From Nitrospirota bacterium (GTDB lineage Bacteria > Nitrospirota > UBA9217), in contig CAWIYV010000011.1 of assembly GCA_963840455.1 (NCBI GenBank), positions 832,001 through 896,000 of the forward strand: a stretch of 64,000 nt of DNA, in the 5' to 3' direction. Both the position numbers and the translations under genes were made by a program. This document shows positions 8,741-19,043 of this stretch, piece by piece (positions within the stretch are counted from its first letter, which is position 1; every line of letters starts with the position of its first letter). Under the pieces are notes generated by a model that was given only the letters and a program-made list of their open reading frames with translations, was not told where the DNA came from and made no database searches.

Positions 8741-9100
8741 ATGACACCAGAGGAAGAGCGTGATAAGGCGTTAGCGGCACTTGGCCCGTTCTGGCCTGAA
8801 GTTTCCCTGGTGTTCAGAGAGTGTTATCTATCATCAGGAAAAGGCGCCGTTCTTGTCTATACCGATCCGGTGATCAACGGCACTATTCCCACTGACGATG
8901 ATTACCTGACCAGGCACGATGTTCTTGAAATAATCGACGGCAAAGAACCTAAAGCCCGCCTGGCTGCGCTTTTAGGCAGCTACGACCCCCATTCGGAAGG
9001 GATCCTGGTCCTGATCGCGAGCTCTACGAATGCATCGTTCTTTCATACCGTCAAGCTGATATCGCGGCACAATGAACACGAGGAGATGGGGCACCGTTAA
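8741..9100 (+). CDS. Hypothetical protein
   Basis: 119 aa, GGAG RBS, 15 bp after the previous gene. Confidence 0.6.
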   Translation: MTPEEERDKALAALGPFWPEVSLVFRECYLSSGKGAVLVYTDPVINGTIPTDDDYLTRHDVLEIIDGKEPKARLAALLGSYDPHSEGILVLIASSTNASFFHTVKLISRHNEHEEMGHR

Positions 9101-9106
9101 TGCCTC

Positions 9107-9448
9107 CTATCCGCCCAACCGTTTCGGTCTATACCCCATCTTGCCCAGCTCTGCCATGATCCCATCGCGATGGTCCCCCTGGATCTCGAGCGCGCCATTC
9201 TTAACAGCTCCGCCGGTGCCGAACTTTGTCTTTAATTGCTTCAGAAGCTTTTCGCTGTCCTCAGCCGGGAGCTGAAGCCCCTCTATCACCGTGACCGTTT
9301 TGCCGCCCCTGCCTTTCCGGTCGAGGCGCACGATGGTCCTGCATTTTGCAGGATCAGCAGGAGTCGGAGCGCTGCGAACAGCCGGCTTTCCCTTCCTTGG
9401 GATGACCTCTTCAGTCGAATAGACCAGTCTGGAATTGGAATCAGTCAT
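9107..9448 (-). CDS. yciH: SUI1/YciH translation initiation factor family protein
   Basis: RKGRGGKTVTVIEG, GTGGAVK and IQGDHR motifs. Confidence 0.93.
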   Translation of the reverse strand: MTDSNSRLVYSTEEVIPRKGKPAVRSAPTPADPAKCRTIVRLDRKGRGGKTVTVIEGLQLPAEDSEKLLKQLKTKFGTGGAVKNGALEIQGDHRDGIMAELGKMGYRPKRLGG

Positions 9449-9536
9449 GGAGAGAAAATATCAGAGGGAAAAGGGCTAAGTAGCCATAACTCCACGTACT
9501 CAAGCCTGGCACGGGACCGTCAGGTCAACCATTCCG

Positions 9537-11054
9537 CTAGGGACCTGAACCCAAGAGGTTGTTCTTGTCCGACGATCTGAACGATCTCCCGTCCCGTTCG
9601 CAGATCGCCTGTATCGCCTTCCTGCCGGACAAGGCATTCATGAACAGAGCAGTGGCCGAGCTCACCCATTGTCCGACCATGGAGAAACCGGACAAACGCG
9701 GGAGCGTCATCTCCTCCTTCCGGAACAGCGAACCCAGCAGCGACATCTTTTTATTCGGCAGGTTCGCGAAACCGTGGGTGCCGCCCATGTACCGCTCCCA
9801 GGTGATGATCGTGGGCACATCGATCACTTCGACCTGGCTCGCGAGCCCGCTGAAATACTGGTGCTCCAGGATCCCGATCACCTGTGAGGCTATCTTCTGC
9901 TTCTCTTCGGTATATCGTTCCCGGTCCGCGTACAGCTTCTTCCAGAAGGAATACCGTGAGAACAGCTCGACCTTGATCACCCCCTTGCCTGCAGGCGCCA
10001 TGGTCCTGTCGCACCCGTACATCTGCATGGCGATGCTGTGCTGTTCATGCCCGGCGATCACGACCGGTGCATCGAGCAGCATCACGAGGTTTGAAGGCTC
10101 CCGGGAAAGGTCCCTGTTCGCGCCGAGAAACACGTGGACGCCAAAGTTCATTTCATCCGGGGGCTCCCCGCAGTACTGCCTGATCCGTTCATTGGTATAG
10201 TTGTTCCCGAGCATCTCCATGATCGTCTTCCTGCCGTCCGCATTCGAGATGACCAGGTCGGCCCGATGCTCGGTTCCGTCAGCGAGCCGTATCCCCTTTG
10301 CCGCGTCATGCTCGACCAGTATCTTTTCAACGCGGCTTTTGTACAGTATCTCTCCTCCCAGGTCCCGGTATTTCCGTTCAAGGGACCGGGCAAACTCCCG
10401 GGAACCGCCGATGGGCCATTGGATCGCGTTGTTCAGGCCGTACCCGTGGCGGATGAGGTGGATCATGACGGAGATTTCCGGCGTGTTGTACAGAAGGAAG
10501 GGGAAGGCCCGCCTCAGAAAGGGGTCTGAAAATTTCTGCCCGAACTCCTGCATGGTCGGTTTCATCCAGGGAAGCATGGGCAGGATGTTCTTCGCTGTCC
10601 TCAAGACCCCGCCCTTGCTTTCCATGATCGAATCGCCCCAGGCGTCCCTGTCGCTGAATGCCTGTATCCCCCTGATATAGTCCCTGATCGCTTTCTGGTC
10701 CCCGCGGGAAAGGCTGTTCAGGTGCTGCTCCAGCCTGTCGAGGTCATAATAGTCGTAAAAGAGCTTGCCATCCGGCGACAGAACGCTCGTGCATTCATTG
10801 GTCCTGACCATCTCGCGGGGCATGGCCCCGAGTTCCTGCCAGAGGTCATAGATCTTCGAATAAGGGCTGCAGCCGAAGAGATCGTGAATGCAGCCGTCGA
10901 ATACATACTCCTTGCGCTTCCACCCGGCGCACTGCCCGCCCGGCTTTGAATGCATCTCGAAGATGCGCGTTTCATAGCCGTTCATCCTGGCGTAGATGCC
11001 CGCAGCAAGCCCGCCCATTCCCGCGCCGATGATGATTATGGATCTGTCTGCCAT
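9537..11054 (-). CDS. Phytoene dehydrogenase-like FAD-dependent oxidoreductase
   Basis: IIGAGMGGLAAG and PGGQC N-terminus, ADLVISNAD, VGQWV. Confidence 0.85.
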   Translation of the reverse strand: MADRSIIIIGAGMGGLAAGIYARMNGYETRIFEMHSKPGGQCAGWKRKEYVFDGCIHDLFGCSPYSKIYDLWQELGAMPREMVRTNECTSVLSPDGKLFYDYYDLDRLEQHLNSLSRGDQKAIRDYIRGIQAFSDRDAWGDSIMESKGGVLRTAKNILPMLPWMKPTMQEFGQKFSDPFLRRAFPFLLYNTPEISVMIHLIRHGYGLNNAIQWPIGGSREFARSLERKYRDLGGEILYKSRVEKILVEHDAAKGIRLADGTEHRADLVISNADGRKTIMEMLGNNYTNERIRQYCGEPPDEMNFGVHVFLGANRDLSREPSNLVMLLDAPVVIAGHEQHSIAMQMYGCDRTMAPAGKGVIKVELFSRYSFWKKLYADRERYTEEKQKIASQVIGILEHQYFSGLASQVEVIDVPTIITWERYMGGTHGFANLPNKKMSLLGSLFRKEEMTLPRLSGFSMVGQWVSSATALFMNALSGRKAIQAICERDGRSFRSSDKNNLLGSGP

Positions 11055-11179
11055 GAAGTAATTATACGTCAAAGGAGGTGGGGAGGAGGTGAAATCTGGA
11101 AACGTCAAAAGGGAGGTGACATGATTCACCCCGTTAGAGATCGGGCGACATGCAGGGAATAAGACTTCACAGAAGAAAG

Positions 11180-11269
11180 TTACTGGCTATCATACAAGCT
11201 TGCGGATGTGCCGGCTTTCTCTAATGGGGTAAACTTCGCCGGGGTATCAATGCGGAGCGGACGGGCCAT
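11180..11269 (-). pseudogene. Possible 5' remnant of a REP-associated tyrosine (Y1/HUH) transposase
   Basis: Reads MARPLRIDTP, like the MARPLRIEYPG start of these transposases, and then degenerates; GGGTCAGGTC lies 41 bp upstream. Confidence 0.5.
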
Positions 11270-11385
11270 GGACGGACTAGAGCAAAAAAAGGCAGGATGG
11301 CAAGAAAGTAGACCTGACCCTATAGGTTGTGCAATCTTTAACTCTGACCCTATGAGTGCCCCATACACCCCCCTCAGGGGTATGT

Positions 11386-11796
11386 CTATTCGTTGGTCGA
11401 AGCCATCAGCCGTTCCCTGTCCTTGAACAGCATATCGCATTTGTTGGCATAGAGCTTCATGACAATGCCCCTGCCGAATGTTTGGTGATTGACGATTTCG
11501 CCGATGCGGTATTTCGAATCCATGCTGTAATCGCGCTCTTTTCCTTTTGCCTCTGCAAGACCGGCCGCCCAGACGATCTCCGCTGTCTCTACTCCTCCGG
11601 CGCCCTTTCTCGCTCTCGGCTTCCGGACTTTTTGAGCGTCAAGGGAACTCGTAAATTTGTGCATACTGCCGCACGTCTTGCATCTCACTTTCGCGATCGT
11701 CTCTCCATCCATTGTCATAATGGTATGATCGCGGCTCAGCTTGCACTTCCCGCAGTAGGAATCAATGTCCCGACCTGCTGAGTTCTTTGCCAGCAT
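11386..11796 (-). CDS. Hypothetical zinc-ribbon protein
   Basis: CGKC and CKTC pairs, HQTFGRGIV C-terminal region, GGAGG RBS. Confidence 0.8.
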   Translation of the reverse strand: MLAKNSAGRDIDSYCGKCKLSRDHTIMTMDGETIAKVRCKTCGSMHKFTSSLDAQKVRKPRARKGAGGVETAEIVWAAGLAEAKGKERDYSMDSKYRIGEIVNHQTFGRGIVMKLYANKCDMLFKDRERLMASTNE

Positions 11797-12022
11797 ACTA
11801 CCTCCTCGTGTACTATCTTTCTGTGTATGATGATGTGTCGGTAACGCGAAACTGGTCGAAGAGAGGGGTGAATTCGGAGAGATGCCGGAGTTTACGCTTC
11901 TCTAGGTAGAATCATTATACACTTTACTGGCGGGAAAGCTTTAACTCATTTTGCAGCAGTAGAAGGATGATCGTTTGCTATCCGCCGAAGCATATCGGGG
12001 TCAGGTCTACTTTCATGTCATT

Positions 12023-12271
12023 TTACTTCTTCGCGAGCTCCTTCAGCGCGGGGCGGTACTTCTCAATGAACTCGTTCACCTGACCGGCGAACGCCTTGTC
12101 GATCCCCGGCACCTTCCGCTTCTTTCTGACCGGGGCGATCACGATCCTTTCCTGTTCTTCATCCAGCTCGACATTCACGTCTGAGCCGGCGGCAAGATCG
12201 AGCTTGTTCAGGATCTCGACCGGGATCAACACCCCTTTGCTGTTCCCTATGGCAACGACCTTTCTGCGCAT
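12023..12271 (-). CDS. AbrB/MazE-family antitoxin, orphan copy of 4429-4677
   Basis: Differs from the first copy at 3 residues; no toxin gene follows. Confidence 0.85.
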   Translation of the reverse strand: MRRKVVAIGNSKGVLIPVEILNKLDLAAGSDVNVELDEEQERIVIAPVRKKRKVPGIDKAFAGQVNEFIEKYRPALKELAKK

Positions 12272-12537
12272 TGCCGCCTCCTTCGTGTTATAACGAAATC
12301 ATAACATTGCCCGGAGCGGTGCAAAGGGGATTGTCGCGGGCCGGAGATCAGGACCCCGATCAGCGGTGACTCTTCAACGATCGCGGCGGGGTCAGGTCTT
12401 GAAACGACAGTTTCTTCAAGACATGGCCCCCACCAGCCCTCACTTCCGCGTCGCCGTCCAGCCCTCGCCGCGTTTAGCGATTTGGGGCAAGGACTTGGCT
12501 GCCGAATTCGTCTTCCGGCCGCAACCAGTTCGCGGCC

Positions 12538-14295
12538 CTAAAGGAGTCCCGCGTCGTCGAGAAGCTTGCCGACCTGAGTGGCATCGAGCCTCTCGAGGAG
12601 CATCCTCTCGAGAAACTGAGGTGCGGGGATCTTCAGGGGTTGTCCTCCCCGCATGACCGCAGTCGCTTTGAGCAATGCACGGACATCGTACGTCGAACCG
12701 AACACTTCCGGGATACCCCGCTCCACGCCAAGCAGCGTGTAGGCCGCTTCCATGGCGGTGCGCACCGAGTACTCCGTCGTGAAAATGCAGTCACGGCCCG
12801 TCTCGGCGAACTGCCCGATGAAGGCAAAGTTCCTGGCGCCCTTCGGAACCACGTCCGGGCGATCGCCGGCCTTGCGTGGCAAAAAGAAGGACGTCACGTA
12901 GGGCATCATGCACGGGACGCAGTTCGCGCCCGTCGCGGCCATTTCCGGGATCTCCTCGACGGGCACGCCCAGGTGATACAGCCACTCCTTCACGATCTCC
13001 TCGCCCGTACAGTCCTGCATGGGTTTCTTGACATAGTCGCCCGGGGCTTCAACGAACAAGCCGTACATCCAGGCGACGATCTCGGTGGACTTCTGAGCCT
13101 TGAAGTGCGGCTGCCGGTTGACGGTCCAGCTCATCAGCCAGCGGGAGTCGCGCACCGTGACAATGCCCCCGGTAACCACCTTGCCGGAGAAAGGATCGCG
13201 CTTGCAGATCTTTTGGATGTACTGAGGGATGCGCTCGTCGAGCGTGGTCGCGGTGGCGGACTCCCACTTGCTCCGGGGGATGTTGCCGCAAAAGACCTCA
13301 GGCCGACCGAACGCAGGGTCTTTGGCCGCAATTCGCTTCCACAGTTCCCAGGCCGAGGCCGGGCCGGTGTTGAGCCTGGCAGGGGTCTGGTGGTCGCCCT
13401 CGTCGGCGTTGTCGACCAGCGAACCGATGGTCATGAGCACGAGGTCGTCCTCCGTCAGGTCGACCCCACCCGGCTTGCCACGCTGCAGCCAGTGAATGCG
13501 CGTGGCCTTCTTGTGCTCTGGAGCGATCGCAAAGTCGACATCCGTGACGTCGATCCCGTACTCGAACTTGACCCCTCGCTCTGTCAGCCAGCGGATCAAA
13601 GGCAGCACGAAGGATTCGTATTGGTTATATTTTGTGAATTTGATGGTCGATAGGTCAACCAGGCCGCCAAAGTGATGAACGAAGCGGTGGAGGTACAGCT
13701 TCATCTCCAGGGCGGAATGCCATTCCTCGAAAGCGAACATGGTGCGCCAGTACAGCCACATGTTGCTGTCCAAAAAGTCGCGCCCGAAAACCTCGTCGAT
13801 CCGCTTGCCCTCGAGCTCCTTGCGCGTACACAGGAAGATCTTCGACAGGTCCTTGCGCGCCTTCTTGTTCAGCTTCAGTGAGCGCCATTCCGGGACGTCC
13901 TGTCCGCGGTTCTGGGTCACTCGCTGCATCGAGAAGTTGGGGTCGTCCTTGTTCAGCCAGTAGAACTCGTCAAGAACCGACGCACCTTCGATCTCAAGAG
14001 AGGGAATCGAGCGAAAGCAATCCCAGAGGCACTCGAAGTGGCTCTCCATCTCCCGACCTCCCCGGATCACGAAACCTTTTTCGGGAACCTTGAATCCGTC
14101 CAGTGCTCCACCCGGCAATTCGCGCTTCTCGAGGATGGTGATGTTTGCTCCCGGAACGCCAGCGTCGCGAATGAAAAAGACCGCCGCTGACAAGGAGGCG
14201 AGTCCATTGCCGACCAACCACACCGTCTTGCGCTCCGCGTCCTTCACTGGGCGCGGCCGAGCGAACGCCTCGTAGTTGCCGCTGCTTTGGTACAT
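12538..14295 (-). CDS. ohyA: Oleate hydratase (myosin-cross-reactive antigen family)
   Basis: GNYEAFARP, RGGREM, YNQYES and FTTEYSVRTAMEA motifs. Confidence 0.93.
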   Translation of the reverse strand: MYQSSGNYEAFARPRPVKDAERKTVWLVGNGLASLSAAVFFIRDAGVPGANITILEKRELPGGALDGFKVPEKGFVIRGGREMESHFECLWDCFRSIPSLEIEGASVLDEFYWLNKDDPNFSMQRVTQNRGQDVPEWRSLKLNKKARKDLSKIFLCTRKELEGKRIDEVFGRDFLDSNMWLYWRTMFAFEEWHSALEMKLYLHRFVHHFGGLVDLSTIKFTKYNQYESFVLPLIRWLTERGVKFEYGIDVTDVDFAIAPEHKKATRIHWLQRGKPGGVDLTEDDLVLMTIGSLVDNADEGDHQTPARLNTGPASAWELWKRIAAKDPAFGRPEVFCGNIPRSKWESATATTLDERIPQYIQKICKRDPFSGKVVTGGIVTVRDSRWLMSWTVNRQPHFKAQKSTEIVAWMYGLFVEAPGDYVKKPMQDCTGEEIVKEWLYHLGVPVEEIPEMAATGANCVPCMMPYVTSFFLPRKAGDRPDVVPKGARNFAFIGQFAETGRDCIFTTEYSVRTAMEAAYTLLGVERGIPEVFGSTYDVRALLKATAVMRGGQPLKIPAPQFLERMLLERLDATQVGKLLDDAGLL

Positions 14296-14576
14296 GATCA
14301 ATCCCCCCTTTCCTACGGCGACGTGGACGGGAGACTGCTTCGACGGGCGCGGAGAACACGCTCGTTGCTCACCCCGGCGCACTGCCCGCCCATTCCCGCG
14401 CCGATGATGATTATGGATCTGTCTGCCATGAAGTAATTATACGTCAAAGGAGGAGGGGAGGAGGTGAAATCTGAAAACGTCAAAAGAATCAAGGGAGATG
14501 AGATACGGCAAAAGGTAAGACCCGTGCCCGGTAAAAGACCTTGATCCAGATGGGTGACCCTAAGGTGTTCCCAAGC

Positions 14577-15386
14577 CTATCTCAAGACAAGTGAAATAGC
14601 CCCGGTCGAGCATGCCGTACGACACAATCCGCACCCGAAGCATTGCTGCGGGTCGATATGCGCGTGAGATCCGTTGCCGTGTTTGTGGCTGTTGATCGCC
14701 TTGAAATTGCATGCAGCATCGCACATACCGCACCCGGTGCAGAGCGACTCGTCCACCCGGGCCACATGCTCTGCCCGCGCCATGATCTCGACCGTTGTGC
14801 GGGAGAGGGTCAGCATGGCAAGACAGTCCTCAGGCCGGCAGTTGCAGATCGCACCAATGAACGGGGTCATCATGGTCCAGATGGTATGGACCGAGCCCTG
14901 CTCTTCCATGGCCGTCATCTGGGAGATCGCAGCCTCCGGGGTGAGCGGCTCAAGCCCTTCGTCCGAGGCCTTGCCGAAGTACGACATGTCGATGCCCTGG
15001 TACCACGCCTCGGGTCCGTAGCTTATGGCGTAGCAGCAGCGCTCCTCTTTCTTCCCGATGTTCCACCGGCAGGCGCACGGCATGCGGACCACGGTCCTGG
15101 CCTTGCTGACCACGTGCCCGATCTCCTCGATAGGCAGGACCTGGCCGAAGTGCTCGGCCTTGGCCTTGGCGACCATGGCCTCGGCAACCGCGCGCGGCAG
15201 TTTTCCCTTTTTACGGTAAATGGTCTCGAGCCTGCCCAGGGTTTCGAAACCATCCGCGAACGCGGACGTGAGAAAGCCTTCGATATATCGCCGCCGGTTG
15301 AGATCGGACAGAAGGTCCTGTCCGTAATTCGCGGCGTTCTTATACCAGATCTTTCCTTCCCCGTGCTTGGTACAGAATTCACACAT
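14577..15386 (-). CDS. 4Fe-4S dicluster domain protein
   Basis: CTGCGMCDAAC and CFGCGLCRTAC plus N-terminal Cys motifs. Confidence 0.85.
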   Translation of the reverse strand: MCEFCTKHGEGKIWYKNAANYGQDLLSDLNRRRYIEGFLTSAFADGFETLGRLETIYRKKGKLPRAVAEAMVAKAKAEHFGQVLPIEEIGHVVSKARTVVRMPCACRWNIGKKEERCCYAISYGPEAWYQGIDMSYFGKASDEGLEPLTPEAAISQMTAMEEQGSVHTIWTMMTPFIGAICNCRPEDCLAMLTLSRTTVEIMARAEHVARVDESLCTGCGMCDAACNFKAINSHKHGNGSHAHIDPQQCFGCGLCRTACSTGAISLVLR

Positions 15387-15613
15387 GGCGTATTGTAACT
15401 ACAGAAGGCGCAGATGTATACATTATTTTGGCAGGACGGCGACGTGGGTAAAAACTATCCTAAGGAGAATGGCGAAATACAAGACGTGACCCTATAAGGC
15501 TCTATTCAGTGCAACAAAAGAGACCTGATCCTAAGTGTTCGCAATTTGTGACTAGTACAAATAACTACAGATTCATGTCTGACCCCAAACACCTACCACA
15601 ATGCTCCTAGTTG

Positions 15614-16327
15614 CTAAGCCCACATCTCCATCCTGAGCCCATTCCGATCTTCCGTCTGAGGACCTAGTACGCGGGCGCTGCCTGATAAGACCCTCCTGGC
15701 TGTCCACAATGCGGCAAAAGCGTCGTTCAGATCGTCACGTTTGAAATCAGCGCCGGACATTTCTGCAAGTATCTTGGACCGACACGCAGGCCACTCACCG
15801 TCAATGAGACATTCGCGCTCAGCCCTGCCATCGGGCTTGGATTTTTTATACAGCATTGGTTTATAGTTATTCCATATGGCGAAACACACTTCCGGATGAA
15901 CTTCACGAACCCTCTGCTGAAGCGAAGGCTTCGCACTGAGAACTGCATCGACTTCATCTATTTTTGGAAGGATTGCAAAGGACTGCTTCGATAGAGCGCG
16001 GCCGTCAATCTTCCGATGTGTCTCACAAGCCGTATGGTAATCTTTTATGGAGATCACACTGCGAATGGGTGCCGAAAAGACACTGCTGGCACGAGGACGG
16101 CCAAGCAGGTCGCGGGCGGCCTTGTCGCATTGTCGTTGCCCACTTTCCGACAAACCAATCGGAACATCAATGGCGATTATTGCAGCCGTAGTGAGGCCAT
16201 CAAGCAATTCATTAAAAGTCTTGAAGACCCGTCCAGTAACCGTAGCGTCAATTTCTTCTATGCACAGCCAGCCTCCGTGACAGCCATCAATACCGGCTAT
16301 ATGTGCTTTTGGAGTATATGAATTCAT
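15614..16327 (-). CDS. DUF429-like predicted RNase H-fold nuclease
   Basis: GIDGCHGGW, IDVPIGL, EVHPEVCF and DDLNDA motifs. Confidence 0.8.
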   Translation of the reverse strand: MNSYTPKAHIAGIDGCHGGWLCIEEIDATVTGRVFKTFNELLDGLTTAAIIAIDVPIGLSESGQRQCDKAARDLLGRPRASSVFSAPIRSVISIKDYHTACETHRKIDGRALSKQSFAILPKIDEVDAVLSAKPSLQQRVREVHPEVCFAIWNNYKPMLYKKSKPDGRAERECLIDGEWPACRSKILAEMSGADFKRDDLNDAFAALWTARRVLSGSARVLGPQTEDRNGLRMEMWA

Positions 16328-16338
16328 AGCACGAGAAC

Positions 16339-17007
16339 CTAATTCTGGATCTGCAACCACCTATCTATGTCAGCCCTTATCTGTTTCAATTGTCCGTGTA
16401 TCTGAGCAGATGAAAAATGATATATCTCTTTGACCATATTCCCGTTGATCGATCCGGCAAATCGCCGCCCCGATTGCTCCGTACCGCTTAGCCACGCGAA
16501 AAGAGGCTGGTTCTTCTGTATCCATCGCATATCACTTAGAACGCCGCTGGAGACAAAGAAGAGCTTGTGCCCGCCACCGCTGATCAGACGGTCAAGATAA
16601 GCCAAATGTAACGGCGAGAACAGGTCGAAATATTCCTGGCGCCCTTGCGTTTTGTTCCCTATGGTCGGGACATCGAGGAGCTCCAGGAATGATATGTGCT
16701 TAGCGTGATCCGGGCTAATGCCCAGCTTGCTGAAGTTCCTGTGGAACGGGACACCGTCCCCGTTTCGTTTGAATGGGTACTCCGGCAGGAGAAACGGATG
16801 ATGACACCGATGTCGCTGCCAGAAAGCTACGCCGTCAGCATGATATTCGAGAATGCGCTTGAAGAAAGGCTTGTTGGAGACTTCAGGCGAGTAATTCGCA
16901 TCGGAACTTAAGAAGATGATCGAAGCGCTTTCCGGCGCTTGCCCTTGAAAAGGCCTGTTATGAAAAAGATCGTCCAGGTCTAAAGATGGATGCTTTTGGA
17001 ATTTCAT
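16339..17007 (-). CDS. Hypothetical protein
   Basis: 222-aa ORF co-oriented within the island. Confidence 0.7.
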   Translation of the reverse strand: MKFQKHPSLDLDDLFHNRPFQGQAPESASIIFLSSDANYSPEVSNKPFFKRILEYHADGVAFWQRHRCHHPFLLPEYPFKRNGDGVPFHRNFSKLGISPDHAKHISFLELLDVPTIGNKTQGRQEYFDLFSPLHLAYLDRLISGGGHKLFFVSSGVLSDMRWIQKNQPLFAWLSGTEQSGRRFAGSINGNMVKEIYHFSSAQIHGQLKQIRADIDRWLQIQN

Positions 17008-17062
17008 GTTGGAAGGTGTTCCATGATAGATTAAATCAGCAACTCGCCAATTTGTTTTAACA

Positions 17063-17563
17063 CTAATTTGTTTTTAATATCCGCCAATTATCACGAAATT
17101 TCACCAAATCAATCGGCGAAACGGCTGCGTGCGTTGACTCAGGATTCCTTGGTCGTCTCCCTCCATGTTCGCCGAGCCATTTACTCTGATTTTTGAAAAT
17201 AATATTTTGTAATTGTGCCTGCTTGAAGATATAAAACTCGTCGCCACCTCGTGAATCAGCCAGTTTAATATAAATACAAATCAATTTAGAATAAGGAAGT
17301 CGCTTTTTCCCGTTTATCTTCTGGATGCCACTTGGTGTTATCGTAATATCTAAGAACTTCGCGGCGTCAAACTGCCAGCTACCACCTCTAATCGTTTTCA
17401 CTTTTATTGGAGTGGTTTTGTATTTATCGTTTACCGCAAGGATATCAAAGTATGGCACATTACCTGTAAAAGAAGTTGCAATAAAACCACGTCTGGATAA
17501 CTCAGCACAGACTAGATATTCACCAATAGCTTTTGCAAGATGCATTTCTCTGCCTGTTGCCAT
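17063..17563 (-). CDS. PD-(D/E)XK-fold nuclease-like protein
   Basis: GEYLVCAELSRRG..FDILAV..IKVKT. Confidence 0.7.
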   Translation of the reverse strand: MATGREMHLAKAIGEYLVCAELSRRGFIATSFTGNVPYFDILAVNDKYKTTPIKVKTIRGGSWQFDAAKFLDITITPSGIQKINGKKRLPYSKLICIYIKLADSRGGDEFYIFKQAQLQNIIFKNQSKWLGEHGGRRPRNPESTHAAVSPIDLVKFRDNWRILKTN

Positions 17564-17622
17564 GTATCACCTCTCTGTGCGTTTTGTATTTTTTTCTCTT
17601 ATAACCTAGACAAACGTTTTAA

Positions 17623-18559
17623 TTAACACATTTCCCTAAACTGTTCATAACGAATCGTTAACAGTTTTGGATCAGGTCGTAGAGCAATCGCCTTAGGAAC
17701 AAAGATACTTTGACCATGAAGTGCCTGAATAGCATGAGCTAGTGTTGGGCCATCCTTTTCTCGCAGAATATCTGGACGCACCTCCAGTTTATAATCCGGT
17801 CGGATACCGATGAACCTGCGATCGAACGCGCTATGATGGAGCGTACAAAGAGCGATTCCATTACGAACAACAGGCCTCCCTTCTGGATGAGAATCAGGAA
17901 TAATATGCGCTGCTTCCAACATCTCTTCATGTCGAAACCGACAGAAAGCACATTGTCTTCTGTATGCTTCTAGCACCCGTTCGCGAAAGGATTGTTGATG
18001 TAATCGGACACGAACGGATGACGTTATATAACTTCGACGGGCATCTTCTTCTGAATCATGCACACCAGCTGCAACTGCACTATCACCACCAAACGATACG
18101 TGTCGTTCATCATCCACTGCAACAGTAACCGTCAAATTAGTTGCATCATCACCTACGACATAGACTGGCCACACCGCCATGTACTTGCCGGGTAATACCA
18201 AACAAGTATACGAGAGGAATGCGATGCTGCATTGCCATTCGCAAACCTCGGTTCTCTCGATGCTCAGGATCATTCCCACGATATCGATACATTAGCAGTT
18301 TATCGGCAACTTGTTTATCATTATAAGGGCTGTTTGGAGTAGTTGTGATAGATAGCGGAATATGCCCAAGAGCCTTAGGTATAAAGATTCCCTGCGGACC
18401 AAGCAAAGGCACGCGAATGCCATCAAAGGTAAAGCCGGAGGCAAGAAGCTCTCGTGGAAGAACATCACCATGGAGGGCAACTTGCTCTAATAGCCATGCA
18501 AATGCTGCCGCTCGTATTTGTCTATCGTGTTCGAGATCCATATATACCACCGACATCAA
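17623..18559 (-). pseudogene. HNH restriction endonuclease-like gene, frameshifted near 18193
   Basis: Two overlapping ORFs join as LVYLFGI/PGKYMAVWPV; C-terminal CAFC, AAHII, NGIALCTLHHSAFD. Confidence 0.8.
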
Positions 18560-18957
18560 GGTGAGCGCTGATATTGTCCTAAATACGCATCCAGCACGGG
18601 ACGATCAGCCTCAGCCCAATCGAGTTCGTGAAGCTTCTCTGGCTGAAGCCACGTAAAAGCCTTATGCTCGTGAAGCTTTATTTCACCGGCTGTGATTCTG
18701 CAAACAAAGGGGTAGAGAGTAATAATAAAGGTAGGATATTGGTGTGTTGTCGGGGCGAGAGACCGAGATATAGCTATGGCAATACCAAGTTCTTCATGTA
18801 ATTCACGCTTGAGGCATTCATCTGGCTGCTCCCCGTCGTTGATCTTTCCGCCTGGGAACTCCCACTTCAGGGGTAAGCTCATTGCCTCGCTACGTTGAGT
18901 TGAGAGCACCTTGCCGTCTTTTTCTATGATTGCACAGGTTACGTGAATGTGTTTCAT
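18556..18957 (-). CDS. NUDIX (MutT-like) pyrophosphohydrolase
   Basis: WEFPGGKINDGEQPDECLKRELHEELG Nudix box. Confidence 0.92.
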   Translation of the reverse strand: MKHIHVTCAIIEKDGKVLSTQRSEAMSLPLKWEFPGGKINDGEQPDECLKRELHEELGIAIAISRSLAPTTHQYPTFIITLYPFVCRITAGEIKLHEHKAFTWLQPEKLHELDWAEADRPVLDAYLGQYQRSP

Positions 18958-19043
18958 TAAGCCGCTAGTTGTATAAATAGTCTGCTTTTAACTGCATTCA
19001 AACGCAATTCCTAACCCTAAAGACCCCATGGTTGAAAAACCCA

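Noticed and set aside
14536-14570. ATGGGTGACCCT as a third IS right end or excision scar
   Set aside because: Only 7 bp match the IS end; it is adequately explained as a variant of the array site.
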